Source: a virus (lineage: Duplodnaviria > Caudoviricetes). From it: a DNA stretch of 34,657 bases. A program made the position numbers and the translations under genes. Position 1 is the first letter of the stretch; each line of letters starts with the position of its first letter. This document shows, piece after piece, positions 9,439 through 17,765 of the stretch. The notes beneath the pieces are model-generated. The model made no database searches, was not told where the DNA came from, and saw only the letters and a program-made list of their open reading frames with translations. The stretch lies in IMG/VR virus record IMGVR_UViG_3300042366_001181, positions 1 through 34,657 of that record; one strand, 5' to 3'.

Positions 9439-12400
9439 CGGGGAAGATTTGTTTGGCGAGGTGGAGCAGCGGGGTGAGACGATCGTGACGCCGCCGCCGG
9501 CGCCGGTGGACCCGACGGTGAATCCTTACCGTGATGCAGAGGGCGGAATACAAATCCCGTTTCGCGCCAGTTCAAATTTTGATCCGACGTTGCAGCAGTT
9601 TGAGGACCGGATGCGGGCGACGGCCAATGATCCGGTGGTTGCTGATGAGACTTACAATGCCATTCCCGGCAGCAAAGGGGGCAAGGTCATCGGCACGGAC
9701 ATTGCCAGGGAATTGTTGCCGGAGTATGGCGCGGGGCGCCAGGGCAAGATCGACTTTGTCAATGCCACGGGCCGCGTGGCGCAAGCCTATGCCAAGGATC
9801 GCCTGTGGCGGGAGATCAACAACCGCGGGGATCGGAAAATTTTATTGTTCACGGCGGGCGGAGTGGCGGCCGGCAAAAGCACGGCGGTGACGGATCAAAT
9901 GGTGGAGCGTGCTGACGTAGTATTTGATGGCACGTTGCGAGAAACAGAATGGGCCAAGCAAACTATCCAACAGGCACTGAACAATGGATGGGAAGTCGAA
10001 GTGAATTATGTGCAGCGTCCGTTGGATTTGGTGGCGCGTGGAGCAATCAGACGGGCGCAACAGGAAGGCCGATGGGGCCCATATCAGTCAGTCCCGGAAA
10101 CTCACGCCGGCGCGCAAAGATCAATTGTCGATTTGTCCAAGACGTTTGCTGCAAATCCAGATGTTCAATTTAGTTACTACCTGAACGACGGCGCATCGGT
10201 CACGGACGTGCCAAAGATTTTGTCTGTGAAGGACATTGACAAGGGAGGAAAATATTCTTATGATGCAAGTGATGAGCGAGTATCCAACAGGCAGGACAGC
10301 CCTCGGGGACCTAATCGCAGCCAAGCTGGACCGCAATCCCAACAACCCACTCAATCGGGCCAAGAGGGCGGCGGAGGCGGCGCGTTTGCGTGGCGAGTCC
10401 GCGGCTACAGTCCAGACGAGCACCTCGAAATCTTTCGAGAAGCCGCTCGGTCAGGCGATGTCGAGCCCGGCATCTTACGCCGCTTAGCGGCGGGTAATCC
10501 GGCGCTCGAGCAGGCCGTCGACGAGGCGGCGCCGGCTAAGGCTAAACTCAGCATCCAACGCAAGCTGCGGCCGGACTCGGGGGCGATCGACTTGTCGATC
10601 GTCGAGGACATCGTGGAGTATGGGCAGACGGTCTACCGCGCTGGCATGGATCTGGCGACTTGGTCGGCGCAGATGGTGCGGGAGTTCGGGCAGGGCGTGG
10701 CACAATTTCTTCGCCAGGCGTTTGACCGGATCGTGGCGGCTTATCGGGACTCGCGGTTTGCGGATACGACCGGGGCCGTCGGGGATGTGCGGCCGCGGCA
10801 GACGAAGCCGCGGCAGCTGGAGGAGAAGGCGATGCGGAATGAGGCGCTGGCGGCGGAGACGCGGGCGCGACTTGGGTCGGAGTATCTTCCTATTTCGCTG
10901 AATGCGCAGGCGGAGGCGGCGAAGGAGTGGATCAATACGAATGGGCTGGATGCGGCGAAGTTGCGGATTGCGCAGTTGTCGGGGGAGGATTCGGTGCCGA
11001 CGCCGTTGGATTTTGCGATTGGGATCGAGGCTGCGGGGCGTTTGTCGGCGGTGGGGGATCACCAGGGGGCGGCGGATATTGTCTCGACGATGAGTCACCG
11101 GGCGACGGGGATGGGGCAGACGATTTCGACGTTGGCGATGATGGCGCGGTTGTCGCCGGAGGGGATTGTTTTCTACGGGGAGAATATCATTCGGCGGTAT
11201 ATCAATGCGTTGCCGCCGGAGGCGCAGGATCGTATCCGGGCGCTCCAGGCGGAGGTGGCGCGGTTGAAGGCGGAGCTGGCGCAGGCGAAGTTCGACCAGG
11301 GGAGTGAGGTGATCCGGTCGGGCAAGCTGGGGGATGAGAAGATCCAGGATCGGATCAAGCGGCGGCAGCGGGCGAAGGTGACGGCGGACTTGGGGCCGGC
11401 GGCCTCGGGGCCGGAGGTGACGGCGGAGACGCGGTCGCGGGTGATCTCGATGAATCGGGCGGTGCGGGATGTGCTCTTGGGCGATGCGACGAAGGCGGAG
11501 GCGACGAAGGCGATCGAGGCGATCCTCCTCGAGCAGGGGAATCTCTCGGCGTCGGAGGCGGCGGCGATGGCGAAGTCGATCGCGGATGCTTTCTTCAAGC
11601 TGATGCGGGAGACGCGGACGCGGTTGACGAATGAGGCGCGGACGAAGGCGCTGCCGACGAAGGCGCGGGGGTTTGAGAAGTTGCTGGAGTTGCTGCGGTC
11701 GGGCAAGGATGTGTCGGACGCGGAGTTCACGGGGAATGTGGCGCAGCTGCTGGGCTTGCCTGGCATGACGCGGGAGATGGCGAAGGAGCTACAGGAGCTG
11801 GGCAAGCGGTATGAGCGATCGACCGATCCGGATGTGCGGTTGGCGCTGGCGGCACAGATGTTTGAGATGACGCATGAGATGGTGCCGGCGGATATTTGGG
11901 CAAAGGTGCGGGCGTGGGCGTATCTGGCAATGCTGTTTGCGCCGAGGACGTGGATTAAGAATATCTTGGGCAATGAGATTTTGTGGGTGGCGCACATCGG
12001 GCGGGATGCGTTTATCTCGGGGATCATGGACCCGGCGATGTCGTTGCTGACGGGCAAGCGGACTTTGTCGGGAGTGCATTTTGCCAAGCGGGCGCGGGCG
12101 TTGCTGACGCCGATCGAGGACGTGAAGCGGGGCTACATGTGGAGCAAGCAGGAAAACCCGTCGTTCAATTTCCGGCAGAATCTGGCGGCGGGGGTGAATC
12201 ATTTGCGGTTGCTGGCGAAGCTGACGTCGCAGAACAGGTTTGAGATCACAGATGTGCGGAATGTAAACGGGCGGATTTTCTCGTCTAAGTTCGGGCGGTT
12301 CTGGGAGAACGGTCTGTCGATCGCCCTGGGCGCGGGCGACCGGGCCTTCTGGATGGCGCAGTTCCGAACGAGCCTGGCGCAGATGCAGGCGGCGGCGGAG

Positions 12401-13852
12401 AAGAATGGCGAGTGGTCGGGGCAGCCGACGCCGGAGATGATTGAGGCGGCGTATGCGGAGGCGGCGTATGCCATTTTCCAAAACCCGAACGTGGTGAGCA
12501 AGGGGCTGAATTACATCCGCAAGGGGTTGAACTTGATTTCAACTTGGGGGCGGTCGTCGGAGTTTGGGCTGGGAACGGGGTTGCTGGCGTTCACGCAGGT
12601 GCCAGGCTCGATCACGGTGCGGGGGCTGGTGGATTGGTCGCCGCTCGGGTTTATCCAGGCGATGTATACTGGCATGCGGGGGATTCTCTACGCCTCGAGC
12701 ACGGGGCGGATGGGCGCGAAGTTCGACCAAGCGGCGTTCAACAAGGAATTCACGCAGGCGTTGTTGGGATCTGGCGGGCTTTATCTGCTCGGCGCTTGGC
12801 TTTACTCGCTGGGCATCATTTCGGCGAGCCGAGAGGATGATGATGACCTCGAGGCTTTCCGTCGGGCATCGGGCACCGGGGCGTATCGGATCAATGTGAC
12901 GGCGTTGCGCCGGGCGTTGCTGAGCGGGAACTGGTTTCAGCGACAAGAGGGCGAGATGGGGGATTTGATTTATCCGTATGATTGGGCGCAGCCGCTGGCC
13001 ATCACGCTGGCTGCGGGCGCGGAGCTGGCGGCGCAGAAAGAGCGGGCGGGCCGCGAGGAGTTGAAGAAAGGCGCGGCAAAGCAGCAGACCATGGCGGCAA
13101 CGATATTCAAGCTGTCGGGCACTAAGTCGCTGGAGGAGTTGCCGCTGTTGAGCGGGTTGTCGTCGTTCATGAAGGCGTGGGGTTACGGTGGCGCGGTGGA
13201 TGCCGTGGCCAATACGGTGGTGGGGATGCCGGCGATGTTTGTGCCGCAGGTGGTGCGGCAGTGGATGCAGCTAACGGACAACATGCAGCGTGAGACGTCC
13301 GCCGGCGATCCGGTGAAGAGGGAGTTTATGAAGGTCTTGGCGTCGATGCCGGTCTATTCGACGAAGTTTCCGCTAAAGTTTGACACGATGGGCCAAGCCA
13401 TCGAGCGGTATCAATACGGCGGGAACAATGTGTTCAACGTGATGCTGAATCCGGCCGTGGCGCAGCAGATCAAGATCAACCCCGTGATGCAAGAGATCAG
13501 TCGGCTGGTCGATGCCACCGGGCAGACGGGCATGGCGCCAAAGAAGGTGGATCGCAAGGCAACGATCAATGGCCAAGAAGTCGAACTGACCAACAACCAG
13601 ATGTCAGTTTACCAATACTATCTGGGCAATTTCACGATGGCGCATTTCACCTGGCGGATGGCGGCGCCGGTCTATGCCAGGCTGCCGGATGAGCTAAAGG
13701 TCAAAATGCTGGCCGACGACATCCAAGACATCGACGCCGCGGTGAAGTCCGCCGTGCTCGGCCACGACATGCGCCGGCTGACGCGCAAGCAACTTTTCTT
13801 GCGGAATGCGCTGGTCAATAGCCCGCTCGGGCGGAGTGTGCCGCCGAAGTAA
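7889..13852 (+). CDS. large polyvalent/ejection protein with zeta-toxin-like P-loop kinase domain and LPD38-like C-terminus
   Basis: 1987 aa; GGVAAGKST Walker A (9857-9883), VFDGTL, RRAQQEGR; C-terminal YDWAQP...FVPQVVRQ...FDTMG motifs. Confidence 0.75.
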   Translation: MSSRSASALLDAALAVPFDPEEEDRRQLALARSASWDSGPVSPSVVDIAPEPAFVPDPLVQAADQQMQRTAEPAVPTGEYMEPPLPQADEDLPPVSQPGAGGMGQGVTRQGGGRRSASALLAEVLPEATAAEQRTAGPAVPTGGTRRRSAAALLADVPEDSGVLRRAADVPIFIAQGITTGLKGLTDAFGADNAASQALAANQDFYQAQLSPEAQASQQRVAQIQAEAADQGVMAQLGAAGRAFAESPTAFVAQGVGTMAPTIALGAAGKAVGLGARGVQAVQTATGATMGGGIVKGEIYQAVEQAMLQAGRSPEEAAEAASTAQAYGGENLDQILAGYGLGALATAIGAERLAGRAIAGAAAPTGGVLRVAGRTALQEALPEAAQGGQEQLARNLAQQREDFNVPTMRGVVGAGALEGLAGLAIGGPAGVAAGVGARMAPQGARSTEQGAGAPAAAAAAPAPVRRVVVEADDVFGEATTAAVSEPGAGSMEPGAGDERFAPPPAAEQRPAEPAGPTGEDLFGEVEQRGETIVTPPPAPVDPTVNPYRDAEGGIQIPFRASSNFDPTLQQFEDRMRATANDPVVADETYNAIPGSKGGKVIGTDIARELLPEYGAGRQGKIDFVNATGRVAQAYAKDRLWREINNRGDRKILLFTAGGVAAGKSTAVTDQMVERADVVFDGTLRETEWAKQTIQQALNNGWEVEVNYVQRPLDLVARGAIRRAQQEGRWGPYQSVPETHAGAQRSIVDLSKTFAANPDVQFSYYLNDGASVTDVPKILSVKDIDKGGKYSYDASDERVSNRQDSPRGPNRSQAGPQSQQPTQSGQEGGGGGAFAWRVRGYSPDEHLEIFREAARSGDVEPGILRRLAAGNPALEQAVDEAAPAKAKLSIQRKLRPDSGAIDLSIVEDIVEYGQTVYRAGMDLATWSAQMVREFGQGVAQFLRQAFDRIVAAYRDSRFADTTGAVGDVRPRQTKPRQLEEKAMRNEALAAETRARLGSEYLPISLNAQAEAAKEWINTNGLDAAKLRIAQLSGEDSVPTPLDFAIGIEAAGRLSAVGDHQGAADIVSTMSHRATGMGQTISTLAMMARLSPEGIVFYGENIIRRYINALPPEAQDRIRALQAEVARLKAELAQAKFDQGSEVIRSGKLGDEKIQDRIKRRQRAKVTADLGPAASGPEVTAETRSRVISMNRAVRDVLLGDATKAEATKAIEAILLEQGNLSASEAAAMAKSIADAFFKLMRETRTRLTNEARTKALPTKARGFEKLLELLRSGKDVSDAEFTGNVAQLLGLPGMTREMAKELQELGKRYERSTDPDVRLALAAQMFEMTHEMVPADIWAKVRAWAYLAMLFAPRTWIKNILGNEILWVAHIGRDAFISGIMDPAMSLLTGKRTLSGVHFAKRARALLTPIEDVKRGYMWSKQENPSFNFRQNLAAGVNHLRLLAKLTSQNRFEITDVRNVNGRIFSSKFGRFWENGLSIALGAGDRAFWMAQFRTSLAQMQAAAEKNGEWSGQPTPEMIEAAYAEAAYAIFQNPNVVSKGLNYIRKGLNLISTWGRSSEFGLGTGLLAFTQVPGSITVRGLVDWSPLGFIQAMYTGMRGILYASSTGRMGAKFDQAAFNKEFTQALLGSGGLYLLGAWLYSLGIISASREDDDDLEAFRRASGTGAYRINVTALRRALLSGNWFQRQEGEMGDLIYPYDWAQPLAITLAAGAELAAQKERAGREELKKGAAKQQTMAATIFKLSGTKSLEELPLLSGLSSFMKAWGYGGAVDAVANTVVGMPAMFVPQVVRQWMQLTDNMQRETSAGDPVKREFMKVLASMPVYSTKFPLKFDTMGQAIERYQYGGNNVFNVMLNPAVAQQIKINPVMQEISRLVDATGQTGMAPKKVDRKATINGQEVELTNNQMSVYQYYLGNFTMAHFTWRMAAPVYARLPDELKVKMLADDIQDIDAAVKSAVLGHDMRRLTRKQLFLRNALVNSPLGRSVPPK

Positions 13853-14909
13853 GCGAGCCTTTTTTGTTGTTGGCAATTTCCTCTTCGAGCCAGCGCATGA
13901 AGGCTTTATCCTGCGCAGGCGTCATGCGGTTAAGCGCATCATTTGTCATGCGGCGGACGCCATCGCTAAAGCGGACAAGAATGTGTCCATTAGGGTCACG
14001 GCCGACAACGCCCACAAATTCCGCTCGAAGGCGGTGCACCCATTGGGGATCGGTAGGCGTTTTAGCAAATTTCAGTCCAAGTTGTTTAAGCTGATTCTTC
14101 AGTTCATTTAGTGATTGTTTGCCGAATTTAGGAATCATAAGAAGCTGAGATTCCGTTTTGTCTACCAGATCGCCAATGGTTCGGATGCCCGCGTCGTTAA
14201 GCAAGTTCGCGCAACGCACACTTAGCTCAATTTCATTAACTGACGTGTCACGTTGTTGCTGGTTTGACAGTGCGTCCCAGCGATCCAGTTCTGCACCACG
14301 CCGACGACGTCCTTTGTTGCGTTGCCAAAGAGGAACAGTGACGTTTTTAACCTTTAACTTGTAGCCGCACGCGTGAGTCAAAGACATGCGCAGTGATCTC
14401 AGTAGGTCTTGGATTGCTGCCAATTGGTGAGCGCCGATGTTGTAAATTTGCCGGAGTTCGTAAGGATACTTGTCGGCTACTGCGCCAAGTGTATTCAAAC
14501 CAGCGTTCCGCAAAGCCTTTTCCGTTTTTGGCAACAACCCAAAGGCATCCAAATCCAAAGCACGCCTTCGCTCAATGGTTGTAGCGGCGGCGATGTAATC
14601 TAAGTAGCGGTGTTTTTCATCATCTGTCATGGCGCGGACTTTGTTAGCCGGGCAGAGGTAATCGGTAAGTGTTTTCTTTGGCGGTGGCCATAGAGGCCCT
14701 TGAGACTTCGCCGCTGGCTGCGGGGCTACTGCGTCCGTGCTTTGAGCATCAATCCATTTCATCAAAGCGTCATGGGAAACAACCACGCGCCGGCCGAGAC
14801 GTGTCATCGGCAATCCTTGTTTCTCCACCATGTTGTAAATGTGGCGAACGGAACAACGCAACAACTTGGCAACTTCGTCGAGGGTGAGGAATGTTGGAAC
14901 ATTATTCAT
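13815..14909 (-). CDS. Xis-like HTH fused to two RNA polymerase alpha-CTD-like domains and a terminase-N-terminus-like segment
   Basis: ATG at 14909; FLTLDEVAKLLRCSVRHIY..LGRR (HTH_17); SVNEIELSVRCANLLNDAGIRTIGDLV..FGKQSLNE (alpha-CTD); lower GC. Confidence 0.85.
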   Translation of the reverse strand: MNNVPTFLTLDEVAKLLRCSVRHIYNMVEKQGLPMTRLGRRVVVSHDALMKWIDAQSTDAVAPQPAAKSQGPLWPPPKKTLTDYLCPANKVRAMTDDEKHRYLDYIAAATTIERRRALDLDAFGLLPKTEKALRNAGLNTLGAVADKYPYELRQIYNIGAHQLAAIQDLLRSLRMSLTHACGYKLKVKNVTVPLWQRNKGRRRRGAELDRWDALSNQQQRDTSVNEIELSVRCANLLNDAGIRTIGDLVDKTESQLLMIPKFGKQSLNELKNQLKQLGLKFAKTPTDPQWVHRLRAEFVGVVGRDPNGHILVRFSDGVRRMTNDALNRMTPAQDKAFMRWLEEEIANNKKGSLTSAAHSARAGY

Positions 14910-15001
14910 GCCGGAATCATTGCATGTATGTGCAGACGCGTGCAACTACGAATTTGCAGCACGGGCGAACGAATGTTGCGCTCGGGCGGAGTGTGCCGCC
15001 G
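13824..15001 (+). repeat. 23-bp direct repeat CGCTCGGGCGGAGTGTGCCGCCG at 13824-13846 and 14979-15001 flanking the moron
   Basis: exact match read from the sequence; both copies are followed by one codon and a stop (AAG TAA / CGG TGA). Confidence 0.9.
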
Positions 15002-15054
15002 CGGTGATTTTATGACACGTTTGGGGGGTCGAAAGTCTGATCCCTAATTTGATA

Positions 15055-15289
15055 ATGGACCGACTAGTGGCCCGACCCCTCCCGTAACAGGTTCAACTAC
15101 CCCTTCCGTAGTCAGATGCTCTATCCAATTGAGCTATGGCTGCAAAGTCTCTGTTGGAGGGTGGTGTTTGGGCCAGTGCCCTCTGATGGACCCTCTGATT
15201 TTAGGGAAAGAATTTGCTTGCAGGCTGCGTCTGCGTGCATCACTTTGTCGCTATGAAAGTGGACCAACCCGTGGCCCGAGTGGCCCAAC
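15055..15289 (+). repeat. putative integrase arm-type binding sites, RTGGMCCRAS x5
   Basis: ATGGACCGAC 15055, GTGGCCCGAC 15067, GTGGACCAAC 15259, GTGGCCCGAG 15271, GTGGCCCAAC 15280, on both sides of the att core. Confidence 0.7.
15105..15143 (-). other. attP core region: 5' half of tRNA-Arg(ACG), not a complete tRNA
   Basis: reverse complement GCAGCCA TA GCTC AATTGGATA GAGC A TCTGA CTACGGA gives acceptor 5' strand, D arm, anticodon 5' stem and loop; similarity stops at the end of the loop; adjacent to integrase. Confidence 0.85.
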
Positions 15290-16428
15290 CCGTTAATGCA
15301 CGCAAGCAGACTCGCCAGCAGCGCCGACATCATGAGGTGTCGGTCTTTAAGGAGCCGGGCTCGGAGTTTTATTACTATCGGGTGAAGATTCACGGGAAGC
15401 GGTTTAAGCGGTCGACGAATACGACTACTTTGGCGGCGGCGATTGCGCAAGCTAAAGTGATCCGCCGTCAACTCCTCGAGGATGGGCAGGCGCGGGATTC
15501 GATGAAGCGGCCGGGCTTTGCCTCGGTGGGCGATGTGCTGAAGGTGTGGATGGAGCGGTCGACGGCGGAGACTCGGGCCAATAATCGGTCCACTTTGAAG
15601 AAGTGGGTGCGGTCGTTTGCGGCGGGCGATGAGGATGCGGTGTCTATGACACGGCTGACGGCGGAGGTGTTTGAGCGGTATTTGCAGAAGTGGCCGGGGT
15701 CGCCGCAGGGTAGGGAATCTACTTGGCGGCAGATCCGGGCGGTGTTCGCTAAGGAGCCGATGCGTTGGTATAAGCAGGCGGGGTTGGTGTTGCCGGATAT
15801 GGAGGAGTTCCGGGCGGTGAAGGGGAAGGTGAAGGCGCGGGAGAAGCTGTTTAAGGGGTTTGTGCCGTTGCGGGCGGAGGTGTTGGCGGAGATGGATGCG
15901 GCGGCGGAGAGGTTGCGGACGTCGGCGGATCTGGAGGAGCGGAAGGTGTGGGCGGTGTATGCTCTGATGCGGTGGTGTGGGTTGCGGAATTCGGAGACGA
16001 CGGCGCTGCGCTGGGAGTGGTTGGTGCGGGGGCAGAAGGGCTATCTGTGGAAGTTTGAGGTGCATAGGGATGAGGAGGGGAATTGGCAGGAGCCGAAGGG
16101 GACGCCGGGGCAGGTGCCGGTGCGGACGCGGTTGATCGGGCAGTTGCGGTGGGCGCTGAAGTCGCGGCGGTCGGGGTTTGTCATTCCGCGGGCGAATAAG
16201 ACGGAGGCGGATGAGCTGGCGTCGCGGCGGATTAATGATTTCTTGCGGCCGTGGTTTCCGAATGCGGGGCCGAAGGACAAGAAGGCTTATGATTTGCGCA
16301 AGCAGTTCGGGTCGGAGATTGCTTTGCGGGATGGGATCGAGGTGGCGTGCCGGATTTTGCGTCACGCGGATATCAAGACGACATGGAATCATTATCACGC
16401 TTTGTTGAACGAGCCGGCGCCGCTTTAG
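15253..16428 (+). CDS. int: tyrosine recombinase (phage integrase)
   Basis: arm-binding N-terminus (YYYRVKIHGKRFKRST); GLRNSE, YDLRK, ILRHADIKTTWNHY catalytic motifs; ATG 15253 preferred. Confidence 0.9.
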   Translation: MKVDQPVARVAQPVNARKQTRQQRRHHEVSVFKEPGSEFYYYRVKIHGKRFKRSTNTTTLAAAIAQAKVIRRQLLEDGQARDSMKRPGFASVGDVLKVWMERSTAETRANNRSTLKKWVRSFAAGDEDAVSMTRLTAEVFERYLQKWPGSPQGRESTWRQIRAVFAKEPMRWYKQAGLVLPDMEEFRAVKGKVKAREKLFKGFVPLRAEVLAEMDAAAERLRTSADLEERKVWAVYALMRWCGLRNSETTALRWEWLVRGQKGYLWKFEVHRDEEGNWQEPKGTPGQVPVRTRLIGQLRWALKSRRSGFVIPRANKTEADELASRRINDFLRPWFPNAGPKDKKAYDLRKQFGSEIALRDGIEVACRILRHADIKTTWNHYHALLNEPAPL

Positions 16429-16760
16429 TCGCGGTGTTGGTGGTCGGGTGTGCGTCGGGGCCTGGGCCTGCGGCGGAGGTGGCGGCTTTGCCGGAGCCGA
16501 TCGTGACGGGGGTGATGATTCAGTCGATCCCGCGGGGGGCTTGGATCGAGGTGGATGGGGGTTATGTGGGGACGTCGCCGGTGGTGGTGGCGGTGGAGGT
16601 GAATTCGCTGAACAAGCCGCGGCGGGTGGTGCGGATCAGGGCGACGGATGTGGGGTCGGGGGCGTTTGAGGAGAAGCGGTTCTATGGGGCGCCGATGCCG
16701 GATAAGGTGCTCTTTGATTTGCGGCCGTGGATCAGGCGGCCGGAGGTGTTGACGTTTTAA
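16383..16760 (+). CDS. PEGA-domain lipoprotein
   Basis: lipobox VVGC; IQSIPRGAWIEVDGGYVGTSP PEGA motif; overlaps the int 3' end. Confidence 0.7.
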   Translation: MESLSRFVERAGAALVAVLVVGCASGPGPAAEVAALPEPIVTGVMIQSIPRGAWIEVDGGYVGTSPVVVAVEVNSLNKPRRVVRIRATDVGSGAFEEKRFYGAPMPDKVLFDLRPWIRRPEVLTF

Positions 16761-16784
16761 CCGGGCGGTCGGTAGGGTGGCGCT

Positions 16785-17747
16785 ATGAAAGCGCACTATC
16801 TTGCGTGGTTTTTGGTTGTTGGGTGGTGGGTATCGGTGTGGGGACAGGGGCAGGATGTGATGGTGGGGTTGGAGCGGGCGGATTCGTTGCATGGGCCGTG
16901 GGTGGCGGTGCCGATCGAGGCGGGGATGTTGCACGGGGGTCGGGTGAATGCGGGGCGGGTGACGAATGACCAGGGGTTTTATCGGTTGCGCGGGGAGTTG
17001 GTGGCGGCGCCGACACCGTCGCCGAGTCCGTCGCCTTCACCGACGCCGGCGCCGGTGTTGCCGGTGTTTGATGGGGTGACGGTGCCGGGTGGGGTACAGT
17101 CGGGGTGGTTCGGGTCGGGGTGGATGAATGGGTTTGTCATAACGCGGCATGAGGTGTCGGGGGCGAAGTGGGCGCCGGTGCGGGCGTGGGCGGTGGCGAA
17201 TGGTTATGACATTGGCGCGGGGTCGTTTGCGGGGGATGATTTTCCGGTGGGCGGGATTACTTGGCATGATGCGGTGAAGTGGTGCAATGCGCTCTCGGAG
17301 TGGTCGGGGCTGTCGCCGGCGTATCAGGTGGATGGGGCGGTGTATCGGTCGGGGGTGCGGGATGATGTGGCGATGGTGGGCGGGACGGGGTGGCGTTTGC
17401 CTTCGGAGCGGGAGTGGGAGTGGGCGGCGCGGGGTGCGACGCTGAGCGGGGGGTTTGTTTATGCGGGGTCGAATGACGCGGGCACGGTGGCTTGGTATGA
17501 TCAGAATGCGGGGTCGGCGCAGCGGGTGGGGACGAAGGTGGCGAATGAGTTGGGGCTGCACGATATGAGCGGGAATGTGGCGGAGTGGTGTTTTGACCTG
17601 GCTACGGTGGGGATGACGCCGCGGAGGTTCCGGGGCGGGGCTTATGGGACGCTGGGGGAACTTTCGGTGCGGTCGACGCGTCGTGGGGAGCAGCCGGCCG
17701 CGGCGGTGAATGCGTGGATGGGGCTTCGCCTGGCGAAGTGGAACTAA
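16785..17747 (+). CDS. exported formylglycine-generating-enzyme family (SUMF1/FGE, C-type lectin fold) protein
   Basis: signal peptide, PS/PT linker, ITWHDAVKWCN, RLPSEREWEWAARG, NELGLHDMSGNVAEWC, GLRLA. Confidence 0.9.
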   Translation: MKAHYLAWFLVVGWWVSVWGQGQDVMVGLERADSLHGPWVAVPIEAGMLHGGRVNAGRVTNDQGFYRLRGELVAAPTPSPSPSPSPTPAPVLPVFDGVTVPGGVQSGWFGSGWMNGFVITRHEVSGAKWAPVRAWAVANGYDIGAGSFAGDDFPVGGITWHDAVKWCNALSEWSGLSPAYQVDGAVYRSGVRDDVAMVGGTGWRLPSEREWEWAARGATLSGGFVYAGSNDAGTVAWYDQNAGSAQRVGTKVANELGLHDMSGNVAEWCFDLATVGMTPRRFRGGAYGTLGELSVRSTRRGEQPAAAVNAWMGLRLAKWN

Positions 17748-17765
17748 ACGTGCGAGGGTGACGCT

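Noticed and set aside
14100-14250. Host rpoA gene or pseudogene
   Set aside because: Only alpha-CTD-like domains inside a phage fusion protein; no alpha-NTD or ribosomal operon context
15061-15143. Complete phage-encoded tRNA-Arg
   Set aside because: 3' anticodon stem, T arm and acceptor 3' strand are missing; better explained as att homology
15121-16398. 425-aa minus-strand ORF and other long antisense or alternate-frame ORFs (e.g. 6957-7913, 27887-28975, 32017-33102, 33136-34113)
   Set aside because: Shadow ORFs of well-supported genes; Arg/Pro- or Gly/Val-biased translations expected from high GC and skewed codons
16785-17747. FGE/C-type lectin protein as a diversity-generating retroelement target
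   Set aside because: No reverse transcriptase and no adenine-variant template repeat of its 3' end seen in the window
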